The position numbers and the translations under genes were made by a program. A stretch of 64,000 nucleotides of DNA, taken from NCBI RefSeq assembly GCF_006345805.1, contig NC_043002.1, forward strand, positions 88,784,001 to 88,848,000. Direction: 5' to 3'. Each line of letters opens with the position of its first letter. The stretch's first letter is position 1. Under the pieces are notes generated by a model, which did no database searches, was not told the origin of the DNA, and saw only the letters and a program-made list of their open reading frames with translations. The DNA is from Octopus sinensis. Its lineage: Eukaryota. This document shows positions 36,537-48,150 of the stretch, in pieces.

Positions 36537-36760
36537 TTATTATTATTATCATCATCATCATCATTATTATTAAGGCAGCAAGCTGGCAGAATCATTAGCA
36601 CACCAGGTAAAATGCTTAGCAGTATTTCATCCATTGCTACGTTCTGGGTTCAAATTCCACCAAGGTCTATTTTGCCTTTCGTCCTTTTGAAGCCAATGAA
36701 ATAAGTACCAGTTATGCACTGGGGTCGATGTGATCAAATAGACCAAAATTTCAGACCTTT
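36305..36760 (+). mobile_element. Two SINE family C copies separated by (TTA)n
   Basis: aaggcaatgagctggcagaat at 36305 and aaggcagcaagctggcagaat at 36572; another copy at 37550-37740. Confidence 0.75.
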
Positions 36761-37021
36761 CTGAGGAATAAATAGACATGTAGAGAGGATATTGGGAACA
36801 GGAACTTGCTGCATTCACCTGAGGCATCTTACAGCAACAGATGGAGCCCAGCAAATGCCCAGTTTCCCTTATATTTTCATTATTCTAGTTTTATAAGCAA
36901 TATGTGATGATCCAAATTGCTCTGTTTTGTGTTCTGTGCATTTGTTGTTTATTCTTACAAAAAGATATTCACATGCGAGCTTTGAAATTTTAACATTCTT
37001 GTGTCGACATTGCAGCACAAA
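36759..37021 (+). repeat. ~265-bp segment duplicated at 39698-40369
   Basis: ttctgaggaataaatagacatgtagagag...attcttacaaaaagat...gagctttgaaattttaacattc...gacattgcagcacaaa in both places. Confidence 0.9.
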
Positions 37022-37775
37022 ACAACCCTTGTTCTTGGAGGTGTTTAATAGCCACATGAAATACTTCTAGTAGTAAAAGTCCATCTATTCCAAGCAACAC
37101 TACAGAAAGACAGGGCTTCCTTATCCCCAGCCAATCTCTCTCTATTTCAACGATATAGTGACCCATCTAGGAAACTGGCCATTCTAAAGAAAGCCAACAT
37201 TGTTTGAAATCACATGAAAGTGACATTGGCTTTGCAATTCACAATGCAGACAACCTGTCTAGGAGAGCAATGTTTTATGATATTTCATTACAGCTGCTTA
37301 CATTCTAACTTGAAATCCCATTGAGGACTGTCTGGCCTTTCATTATTGAATTGTCAATAAAATAAAGTACCTCACAAGTAGTGGGAGTTGATATACTTGA
37401 CTATATCCACTATAGAATTTGAGACATTGTGTCTATATTAGAAATCAATATTAATGTAATTAGGGTGTGGAAAACATTAATTAAATTAGATAGGTAACCC
37501 TTGATTGATAACAGTTGGATAAGTGATTTTATTATTAAAGACGATGGTTAAGGCGGTGAACTGGCAGAATTGTTAGCAAGCTAGATGAAATGCTTAGCAG
37601 TATTTCATTGATTGCTATGTTCTGAATTCAAATTCCACTGTGGTCATATTTGCCTTTCATCCTTTTCGGGGTCAATAAATTAAGTACTAGTGAAACTCTG
37701 GGGCCGATATAATTGACTATTCTCCTCTCTTAAAACTTAAAATTTTTTATATATATATATATATATATACATATA

Positions 37776-38422
37776 TACGATGGGCTTCTTTCAGTTTCCA
37801 TCTACCAAATCCACTCACAAGGCTTTGGTTGGCCTGAGGTTATAGTAGAAGACACTTGCCCAAGGTGCCACGCTGTGGGACTGAACTCACACAGATATTT
37901 TTATATTTTTATATTTTTATATGTATCTTTATATATATTTTTTATGTATCTTCATTTATCTTTTATATTTTTATATGTAACTTTATATATATTTTTATGT
38001 ATCTTCATTTATATTTTTTATATGTATTTTTAATTATATTTCTATATTTTTTATGAGTATCTTTATTTATAATTTTATATCTTTTATATGTATCTTTATA
38101 TATATATATATTTTTTATGTGTCTTGATTTATATCTTTTATATTTTTATATGTATCTCTATATTTTTATATTTTTATATGTATCTCTATATTTTTATATT
38201 TTTAAATGTATATTTATATTTTTTGTATGTATTCTTTTATTTGTCTCACCACCTTTAGTTGAAGAAATCGACTCAAGGACTTATTCTTTGTAAACCTAGT
38301 ACTTATTCTATTGGTTTCTTTTGTTGAACTGCTAAGTTACGGGGACATAAACACACCAACATTGGTTGTCAAGCAATGGTGGCAGGACAAACACAGACAC
38401 ACAAACATATACATACACACAA

Positions 38423-38484
<62 letters not shown>

Positions 38485-38662
38485 AAACATATAACATATA
38501 CCACAATGGGCTCCTTTCAGTTTCTGTCTACCAAATCCACTCACAAGGTTTTGGTTGGCCCAAGACTATAGCAGAAGACACTTACCCAAGGTGCCATGCA
38601 GTGGGACTGAACCCAGAACCATGTGGTTCGTAAGCCAGCTACTACACAGCCACTCCTGCACC
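37776..38662 (-). mobile_element. Two minus-strand SINE B pieces separated by an AT-rich minisatellite
   Basis: 37776-37888 partial copy; 37893-38230 repeats of tttatatttttatatgtatc; 38231-38662 near-full copy. Confidence 0.8.
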
Positions 38663-38699
38663 TATATCACAATATAAGAACAATATTATCAGTGGTAAA

Positions 38700-39460
38700 A
38701 GTTTACAGCATTATGGTAATGATGGGATTGGTGATGGCAGTGTAGTACTTGAGAGAGTGGTAGTGTTAGGAGTATGGTGAAGTGATCGTGTAGTATGATG
38801 GTAGTGTTGTGGGTGTATGGTGGTATGTAGTGGTGCTGTTGGTGATGATAGTAGTGGTAGTGTGTCATGGTATGCTGTGTGTGGGTGGATGGTGGTGGAT
38901 ATAATCATGGCATTAACAGTAATGTCAGTGATGGCAGCAGTGCTGTTGGAGGTGATAGTGTTTAATGGTGGGGTGTTAGTGGAGTTTGGTTGTGGTGTGA
39001 TAGCAGTGGTGGTAGTGGTGGTGCTGGTGGAGACAGAAACGTCATCCTGTTGTTCACAGTTGTGCAATGGTATGGTGGTGGTGGGAGTAGCAGCAGCAGT
39101 GGTGGAGATGGCAACAGTGGTGGTAGCAGTTGTGGCAGCAATGGAGGTGGCAGTGGTGGTCGAAGTGGTGGTCGAAGTGGTGGTGGAAGTGGCAGTGGAA
39201 GTGGCGGTGGAAGTGGCAGTGGAAGTGGCGGTGGAAGTGGTGGTGGAAGTGGCGGTGGAAGTGGCGGTGGAAGTGGTGGTGGAAGTGGCAGTAGAAGTGG
39301 AGCTGGAAGTGGTGGAGGTGGAACTGGTGGGGGATGGGGTGGAAGTGGTGGCGGTGTTGGAAGTGGTGGTGGAAGTGGTGGTGGAAGTGGTGGTGGAAGT
39401 GGCACTGGAAGTGGCACTGGAAGTGGTGGGAGGTGGGGGTGGGATAGGGTGGAAGTGGTG
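38700..39460. repeat. GT-rich low-complexity tract with 12-bp minisatellite (GGAAGTGGYRGT)n
   Basis: core array ~39160-39430; stop-free in several frames. Confidence 0.85.
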
Positions 39461-39908
39461 GTGGTCACACCAGCATAAGGCAATGTGGCTGTGGAGGTCT
39501 AGTGGTGTGACAGGGCAATGTAGTGATGTGGTGTTGTGCATTAAAGTAGAGGTTTTAAAAACCAACGACCGTACTGTAGCTCTCCTCATACCATTACTGC
39601 TACTGGCATTGCTACTGTCACAACTAGTTTGTAATCTTTGCATTTGTCCATGTTCAGTAGAAAGAACACTGTTCTAGCTTTTATGATTGTAACAGAGTTC
39701 TGAGGAATAAATAGACATGTAGAGAGAAGGATATTGGGAACAGGAACTTGCTGCATTCACCTGAGGCATCTTACAGCAACAGACGGAACCCAGCAAATGC
39801 CCAGTTTCCCTTATATTTTCATTATTCTAGTTTTGTAAGCAATATGTGATGATCCAAATTGCTCTGTTTTGTATTCTGTGCATTTGTTGTTAATTCTTAC
39901 AAAAAGAT

Positions 39909-40318
39909 GAGTGGCCGTGTGGTAAGTAGCTTGTTTACCAACCACATGGTTCCGGGTTCAGTCCCACTGTGTGGCACCTTGGGCAAGTGTCTTCTACTAT
40001 AGCCTCGGCCTGACCAAAGCCTTGTGAGTGGATTTGGTAGACGGAAACTGAAAGAAGCCTGTCGTATATATGTATATATATATATGTATGTGCGTGTGCA
40101 TGTATGTTTGTATGTCTGTGTTTGTCCCCCCACCATCGCTTGACAACCGATGCTGGTGTGTTTATGTCCCCGTCACTTAGTGGTTCAGCAAAAGAGACCG
40201 ATAGAATAAGTGCTGGGCTTACAAAGAATAAGTCCCATGGTCGAGTTGCTCAATTAAAAGGCGGTGCTCCAGCATGGCCACAGTCAAATGACTGAAACAA
40301 GTAAAAGAGTAAAAGAGA
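39909..40318 (+). mobile_element. SINE family B inserted in the second copy of the duplicated segment
   Basis: gagtggccgtgtggtaag...gaaacaagtaaaagagtaaaagag; the flanks rejoin to match 36759-37021. Confidence 0.9.
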
Positions 40319-40645
40319 GTATGTGAGCTTTGAAATTTTAACATTCTCGTGTTGACATTGCAGCACAAAGTAACCGGAATAACCTAAGTAAGAATGGCAG
40401 AAGTTACAGCTTTTGGAAAGAAAGATTTGTTGGTGAACTGGAGTGAATTTTCCATAAAAATCACTTTTGGTGTAGAAATTCAATATTTTATCAGTTTCTG
40501 TAAAATAAACATCTTATCGATCTTTGAATAATTCTCTTTAATAATCAGTTTATCAATGTTACCGAAATTGGTTGATAAAGAAATCACAGATGTTTTTTTA
40601 TAAATCACAGCAGGTAGTTCTATGATCTATTAATCTGGATGATAT

Positions 40646-40962
40646 GCATGGCTCAGCGGTTAGAGTGTCGGGCTCACAATTGTGAGGTTATGAGTTCAAT
40701 TCCCAGACCAAGTTGTATGTTGAGTTTTTGAGCAAGACACTTTATTTTACATTGCTTCAGTTCATTCAGCTGTAGAAATGAGTTGTGATGTCACAGGTGC
40801 CAAGCTATATCGGCCTTTGCTTTTCCCTTGGACAACATCGGTGGCATGGAGAGTATGCATGGGCAACTGCTGGTCTTCCATAAACAACCTTGCCTGGACT
40901 TATACCTTGGAGGGGAACATTCTAGGTGCAATCCCATCGTCATTCATGACTAATGGGAGTCC
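40646..40962 (+). mobile_element. SINE family D
   Basis: catggctcagcggttagag...gagttcaattccc...ttgagcaagacactt...ggtgcaatcccatcgtcattcatgact. Confidence 0.8.
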
Positions 40963-40977
40963 AAAACCCAACTATTT

Positions 40978-41300
40978 GGGAACTTTAATGCTTGTGTTGG
41001 AAGGAATTTTGAATTATGGGCAGATATCATCAGAAAGCATGGTTTAGATGGCTGCAACACAAATGGACTGTAACCTGTAACTTCTGCAACTTTATCCAGA
41101 GTTTGAATTCATCATAACTAACACAATTTCCTGCCAAAATATCAAACATGAAACTGCATGGATGCATCTCTGTTGAAGGTATTGGCATCTAATTGATTTT
41201 GCTATTGCATGGAGATGAGATACATCAGATGTGCAGCTCATGTGATCAATACAATCCACTGATGACAGTTGAACTAAATACAATATGGTACAAACAAAAT
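40978..41300 (+). pseudogene. RTE APE-endonuclease relic
   Basis: GNFNACVGRNFELWADIIRKHGLDGCNTNGL...FIITNT...TAWMHL.*RYWHLIDFAI, cf. GDFNARVG...TWMHPRSKHWHLIDY of RTE/BovB-like ENs. Confidence 0.75.
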
Positions 41301-41419
41301 TATAAATGAAAATAACAGTCACTCTTACTCAAATTCCAACAATGTTAACAGGAAGACATCAAATGTTAAACATCTTCAAGAGTTCAATGTTAGTCATAGT
41401 TATTTACTCTGTCTGAGCA

Positions 41420-41780
41420 TGCCCTGTACTGGTCTCTCCCATCATTTCAATGAATGAGGATTCAGCAAGACACAGCTGTATGGTATTCTTTCTTCAATAT
41501 CTTGTGTCATTTCACGTGAGATTTCAGGCTTATCTGGAATTTGCAGATCCAGTTGCAGATGTTGCAGTAGTGACTTCCATCATTTTTGAGTAGATCAAAC
41601 CTAGCTTTATGCTGGGCTCTTTTCTCCTTCAGGATGTTAACACAGACTGTCTCAAGTCAGAGATGGCTTGATGGCAAGAGATTTTCCACAAGATTTTATT
41701 CAATACTTTCGATTCTCATATTTCAGATTCATATTGTAGCTTTTCAAGCTTCCAGTGTTAACAATAATCATTGTACCATT
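41420..41780 (-). pseudogene. RTE-like 3' end with one C2H2-type finger
   Basis: minus-strand LKEKRAQHKAR...HYCNICNWICKFQISLKSHVK*H. Confidence 0.6.
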
Positions 41781-41825
41781 TAGGCTCATCCTACCATCTT
41801 AAAAAAAAGACATATTGGTTCAATA

Positions 41826-41996
41826 GGCGTAGGAGTTGCTGTGTGGTACGTGGCTTGCTTACCAACCACATGGTTCTGGGTTCAGTCCCACTGCATGGCA
41901 CCTTGGGCAAGTGTCTTCTACTATAGCCTCGATCCAACCAAAGCCTTGTGAGTGGATTTGGTAGACGGAAACTGAAAGAAGCCCATCGTATATATG

Positions 41997-42028
<32 letters not shown>

Positions 42029-42269
42029 CGTGTGTGTGTGTGTGTTTGTGTCTATGTGTATGTTTGTGTGTCTGTGTTTGTCCTCCCCCCAACATCGCTT
42101 GACAACCGATGCTGGTGTGTTTATGTCTCCGTTACTTAGTGGTTCGGCAAAAGAGCCCGATAGAATAAGTACTAGGCTTACAAAGATTAAGTTCCGGGGT
42201 CGATTTGCTCAACTAAAGGCGGTGCTCCAGCATGGCCACAGTCAAATGACTGAAACAAGTAAAAGAGTA
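41826..42269 (+). mobile_element. SINE family B
   Basis: full head-to-tail match. Confidence 0.9.
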
Positions 42270-42482
42270 AAGGGTAAAGTAATCTTACATTAAAAATAGA
42301 CAAGATGGTCATGGTTTAAATGTCCTTGGTTATAGTTCAACTCAGTCAGATATAAGCCTAGGGTTAAACAAGTTTATTCATTCAAATATTTCTAGATCTC
42401 AACATAAAAATGTAAGTCAGTAACTATTGCACAACTCAGACTTAGTACTATTGACGTTATATGCATGGAATTCCATAATTAA

Positions 42483-42722
42483 CCCTTTTAGTGCTGTGAG
42501 CAGATGCATCCACTCAAAATTTAATTATCCTTAATGGCAGAAAGCATTTTTTTATACCAGTCTATCTTTGTTGAGAAATGTCAGGTCTGAAATTATTTTT
42601 TGCAGAGATATCTCAAATTTACCCAAGGCAATATAACTTCTGAAAATACAAGTTCTATTTCTAAAGAGATATTTAACATCAATACTAGAATAACCATGAA
42701 ATTTAATTTCACAGTGAAAGGG
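42483..42722. mobile_element. TTAA-flanked piggyBac-type MITE
   Basis: TTAA|cccttttagtgctgtga...tcacagtgaaaggg|TTAA. Confidence 0.7.
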
Positions 42723-42771
42723 TTAAGGCATTCACCTGCAATAACTAGATAATGACTAAATTCGTAATTAA

Positions 42772-42991
42772 CCCTTTGGCATTCATATTACTCTATCAAA
42801 TGTAATGCTTATTTATTCATATTGTTTTGAATGAATCATGTATTATCTCATAGTTTCAAGATTTTGATGATGTTATTGTCTATTTTAAGAATGACATTGT
42901 AAGGTAGATGTGAGAGGCTGGGTCTGGTTATTTTGAACATAAAGCAAGTAGAATATTTTGACTGGATATGGCCAATTTGAATGCTAAAGGG
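42772..42991. mobile_element. TTAA-flanked piggyBac-type MITE
   Basis: TTAA|ccctttggcattca...tgaatgctaaaggg|TTAA. Confidence 0.8.
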
Positions 42992-43770
42992 TTAATTGTT
43001 CTTGTTTAAATATCATGGAATGTCAGTAAATATAAGAGATCAATTCTGACACATGAGAAACATAGTCAAGTCATTCTGACAATGCAATCAACCTCTTTAT
43101 GTATTAGTTATATGATAGAATATATGATAGAATATTATGATAGAATATTATCCAACATTTATCAATGAAGATGCATGTTAACAATAATAAAAGAAGCATA
43201 TATAGGATAGACATCCGAAGAATTGAAGAATTTCAGGGCATGGAAGGCTGATTGAGTAAAAACAGCTTGATTAAAATTTTAGCTCAATGTAATCAACTTA
43301 GCTCTCCCCAAAAATAGCTGGTCCCTTGTGCTAAAATGTGAAACAAATATTTAAGTGTGTGTGTGTATGCGTGTGTGTATGTGTGTGTATGCGTGTGTGA
43401 GTGTGTGTGTGTGAGAGAGAGAGAGAGTGCATGTGTGATTGCATGCATATGTGAAAGTCCCTAAACCCCACACAGAGACAGGGTGCTCATGTAGGGTTAA
43501 CAATGAGTACCCAGCAAGTGTGTGCAAAGACTCTTCAGGCAAGATCCTATGCACCCACAAGTGAAACTCAACATAGTCGGAGACTGACTTGACTCAGATA
43601 AAATATTATTAATCATTTTTATGGTATCGAGTAGTGTTTTTCCATACAGCCAACAAAGAACATATATATATGAAGATGGGCACAAGTAGCCTGAAACCGA
43701 TTCGGTCTCGTGAGCCCATCGTCTGCTGGAGGATGGTAGGGATTTTTTTCCCCTACTTGCAATATATACA

Positions 43771-43993
43771 TATTTCTTTACTACCCACAAGGGGCTAAAC
43801 ACAGAGAGGACAAACAAGGACAAATGGATTAAGTCGATTATATCGACCCCAGTGCGTAACTGGTACTTATTTAATCGACCCCAAAAGGATGAAAGGCAAA
43901 GTCAATCTCGGCGGAATTTGAACTCAGAACATAACGGCAGACGAAATACCGCTAAGCATTTCACCCGGCGCGCTAATGTTTCTGCCAGCTCAC
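43771..43993 (-). mobile_element. SINE family C (well preserved)
   Basis: near-consensus reverse complement with CpGs retained. Confidence 0.9.
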
Positions 43994-44507
43994 CACATTA
44001 TATATATATATACATGCAATATATACAGAATGCAGACTGCACCTATAACCTGCTGGTGGAAGATCGGCCTGAGGTTAAAATGGTAGTAACATCAAATAGC
44101 CATGTTGATGTGGTGATAAACATAACTTGTCTGTATAGTTACTATTTTCATCTCTTATTGAGATTTTCTAACTGGCCACTTTGCTTGTTGCAAGATCAGT
44201 GACCAATGGCCACTTTATTTTCTATATATTGCAAGCTGGAGTGGGTTCCTGTTACTCTCTTACTTCAGATACCATCTGAAGAGCAAGATGGGGTTGGAGA
44301 GTAAGACCCTGCCACCGAGTTTATACGAGGAACAATGGAAGGATGTGATGAGAGAGGTGGTGTCAGTAACCCAGCTTAATCATCGATGAAAGGAAAAGCT
44401 AGTTGCTGGGCCTTATAGGCTGCTGGGTACAATCCTTTGAACTTTTATTCTTTTATTGCTTTGTTTTCTTTTAAAAAAAAAGTTCTAGTTAAAAGTAAAA
44501 AATTAAT

Positions 44508-44705
44508 TCATCATCATCATCATCATTGTCGTTTAACGTCCGCTTTCCAGGCTAGCATGGGTTGAACGGTTTGACTGTGGGCTGGTGAACCAGATGGGTG
44601 CACCAGGCTCCAGTCTTGATCTGGCAGAGTTTCTACAGCTGGATGCCCTTCTTAATGCCAACAACTCTGAGAGTGTAGTGGGTGCTTTTTACATGCCACC
44701 TGCAT
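44508..44705 (-). mobile_element. GAT-tailed RTE 3' module
   Basis: (atc)n...gtttaacgtccgctttcc...ctacagctggatgcccttc...gagagtgtagtggg. Confidence 0.85.
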
Positions 44706-44706
44706 G

Positions 44707-44767
<61 letters not shown>

Positions 44768-44769
<2 letters not shown>

Positions 44770-45130
44770 GGCAATAAGAAAATGGAGGGGATCAAGTGGT
44801 GGTATTCATCAACTTTTAGACATTATATTATATCTATTTATTTATTTTTTTTTAAATACAATTATAACAATATACATACATGTATAACATATTATGATTT
44901 ACATATATAAAAATACCAGTAATTATTAAAATATATAACGTAGACCATAGAAAGTAGATACGTTATATATTTTAATAATTACTGGTATTTTTATATTTGT
45001 AAAGCATAATGTTATACATGTATGTATATTGTTATGATTGGGTTTTTTTTAAATAAATAAATAGACATAATATAATGTCTAAAAGTTGATGAATACCACC
45101 TCTTGATCCCCTCCATTTTCATATTGCCAT
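44768..45130. mobile_element. Near-perfect fold-back MITE, ~173-bp arms, 16-nt loop
   Basis: atggcaataagaaaatggaggggatcaag...tataacgta (44768-44942) vs its reverse complement 44959-45130. Confidence 0.9.
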
Positions 45131-45338
45131 AAAACAACATTTTGCCCTCACCCATTTATTACATTCAGTAGTGTAATTGCTATGCAATGAAAAAACACTT
45201 GTGTATTAATAATTGGGTATTCTACCAGCTGTATATTGGTTAGATATTATCCCTTAGTTGGTTGGATTCACAACCTCTAACTATCTTGGAATTATATATA
45301 TGTGTGTGTATATATATATATATTTATTTATATTTATT

Positions 45339-45372
<34 letters not shown>

Positions 45373-45383
45373 TGTATGCATGT

Positions 45384-45621
45384 TGGCAGAACCGTTAGCA
45401 TGCCGGGCGAAATGTGTAGCCGTATTTCGTCTGCCATTATGTTCTGAGTTCAAATTCCACTGAGGTCAACTTTGCCTTTCATCCTTTCAGGGTCGATAAA
45501 TTAAGTACCAGTTACAAATTAAGTACCAGTTACGCATTGGAGCCGATGTAATCGACTTAATTCGTTTGTCTGTCCTTGTTTGTCCCCTCTATGTTTAGCC
45601 CCTTGTTGGTAATAAAGAAAC
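45384..45621 (+). mobile_element. SINE family C
   Basis: tggcagaaccgttagcatgccgggcgaaatg...gttcaaattcc...tttgcctttcatcctttcagggtcgataaattaagtacc...aataaagaaa. Confidence 0.9.
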
Positions 45622-46061
45622 ATATATATATCATCATCATCATGACGATTGTCTCATCTTGTCAAATGATAGCCATCTCACAGTGATCTTGATTGTTTCA
45701 ATTGGTCAAGCATCAGTACATTACTGAATTTAAATGACAAAAACTTGTGTAACACTTTTGCCACTCTCTCAGTCACCGTAGTAGGTTCCAGTGACAAGCA
45801 TTGCAGAATATCTGGTAGTATTTTGACTGCAAGTCTTATGTCAGACTATCTCTGTCTTCTAGGAGAGAGACAGTCTTCCCAACATATTAATATATATATA
45901 TAGATATATACATATCAATATATGTGTATGTGATTGGGGGAGGTGGTGTATGTGAAAGTATTTACATACATACATATATATAAATATATATATGTGTGTG
46001 TGTGTGTGTGTGCGCGGACGTCTTAGTATGCAGTCCTACAAATTATATTCACCATGGACGG

Positions 46062-46119
46062 TCGTACCGATGATCTTCGGACAATTACGTAATTTGTTGA
46101 TGGTGAAACCTGTATACGA
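46062..46119 (+). ncRNA. Degenerate minimal type I hammerhead ribozyme motif (Penelope pLTR-like)
   Basis: stem I tcgta/tacga; core CCGATGA (U4C); hairpin stem II; GAAA; ACCTGT stem III (one change from palindromic ACCGGT); UA cleavage site. Confidence 0.5.
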
Positions 46120-46274
46120 ATAATCCATATTTTTATTACTTTTTCTTTTGTCTTGCTCGATTACATTTTGGTTTGTTTTGCTAAATTTTTCTTGAGAGCA
46201 TTTCTTAGTGGTGAGACCATAGCGGATCTATTTCTAGCATAAGGGTGTCAACATAGTGGTTTCCCTCTAATATT

Positions 46275-46346
<72 letters not shown>

Positions 46347-46348
46347 CA

Positions 46349-46762
46349 GGCGCAGGAGTGGCTGTGTGGTAAGTAGCTTGCTTACCAACCACATGGTTCC
46401 GGGTTCAGTCCCACTGCGTGGCATCTTGGGCAAGTGTCTTCTGCTATAGCCCTGGGCCGACCAATGCCTTGTGAGTGGATTTGGTAGACGGAAACTGAAA
46501 GAAGCCTGTCGTATATATGTATATATATATATATATATGTGTGTGTTTGTGTGTCTGTGTTTGTCCCACTAGCATTGCTTGACAACCGATGCTGGTGTGT
46601 TTACGTCCCCGTCACTTAGCGGCTCGGCAAAAGAGACCGATAGAATAAGTACTGGGCTTACAAAAGAATAAGTCCCAGGATCGAGTTGCTCGATTAAAGG
46701 CGGTGCTCCAGCATGGCCGCAGTCAAATGACTGAAACAAGTAAAAGAGTAAAAGAGTAAAGA
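46349..46762 (+). mobile_element. SINE family B
   Basis: near-consensus copy. Confidence 0.9.
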
Positions 46763-46775
46763 GTATATTATATAT

Positions 46776-46832
<57 letters not shown>

Positions 46833-47329
46833 GTCAATATGTATGTATTATATATACACACACAAAAAGTATACAAACCTGTATACTTTTTATGCCAACA
46901 GATGTAACAGCTTCTTGAAGCCGCTTCTACTTATTTTCTATCCTAGATACTTTACTTTCACTACAGCCGCATACAATACTAATTATATTTCATAGGTAAG
47001 CACTGTAACCTACCACAACTAGCAAGTCATCTGAGGAATTCTTGAGCTATATTTCATTGGCTGCACCTGCTAGTACTTACTCCTCAACATCTGGTACATC
47101 TATGGTTCATATTTTCTCTCTTCCTCTCTCCCCCTCTCTCCCCCACACTCTCTGTCTCTCTCCCTCTCTCTCTCTTTCTCGCTGCCAGTCTAGTCGTAAT
47201 CCAGCTCCAGAGTATATACACATGCACAGAGGAACATATACCATACATACACACACTCGCACACACACTCATATGCACATGCATACATAAACATATATGT
47301 GTGGTTATGTTTATATACATATGTATAGA

Positions 47330-47538
47330 TATGAATAAAGATGTATATACATATATATATAGATTGATATTAATAAAAATATATATACAGATATATATAT
47401 AGATATAAATAAAAGTATATATACACACACACACACATATATATATATATAAATATTTATACATACATATACATACATATACATACATATATATATATGT
47501 GTGTGTATTATGTATGAGAAAAAGAAAACTGGGAAATT

Positions 47539-47635
<97 letters not shown>

Positions 47636-47654
47636 CATACATATATATATATAT

Positions 47655-47711
<57 letters not shown>

Positions 47712-48080
47712 AGGAAACTAAGACAAGGTAGAAAATGCTAAAATAATTTTATCATGAAAAACATTTTAGTACCGGTTTCCATCTTTGCGACTTTTTCTAC
47801 TCAGAGTAAAGCATGAAAAGCAATTAAATTGTGGAAAAATTAAATTAAATGTGTTTTTGAAAATATTTCCATAGTCTTTAAATGCAAGGGACATTTTCCT
47901 TTTTTTCTGTCTGTCCGTCTCTCTTTTTTCTCTTCTATATATCTAAATACTAAACGACTTTCTTCTTTCTTCCCTCTTTTCTTTTTCTTGCTCCCCCTCT
48001 CTCACATTTCTTGACATTTTCTTTCTTTAATCTCTCTACCTTCCTTTGTTATCTCCCTTGTACCTTTCCCTCTTTCTCCT

Positions 48081-48148
<68 letters not shown>

Positions 48149-48150
48149 GT
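47330..48150. repeat. (TA)n, (GATA)n and (CT)n microsatellites
   Basis: directly visible. Confidence 0.9.

Noticed and set aside
38711-39677. Long ORFs: 310-aa Thr/Ser mucin-like (-), 286-aa Val/Glu (+), Gly/Ser (+), Pro-rich (-)
   Set aside because: Four overlapping frames are open because the 12-bp GGAAGTGGYRGT repeat lacks stops; there is no domain or splice evidence. RNA-seq would be needed to rescue the Thr-rich frame.
40978-41780. Twin-priming inversion of a single RTE
   Set aside because: The two fragments converge tail-to-tail, which does not fit a 5' inversion; two independent relics are simpler.
47765-47812. Minus-strand GAAACCGGTA hammerhead 3' half
   Set aside because: The upstream core reads CTGAGTAGA and stem I does not close; at most a decayed PLE remnant.
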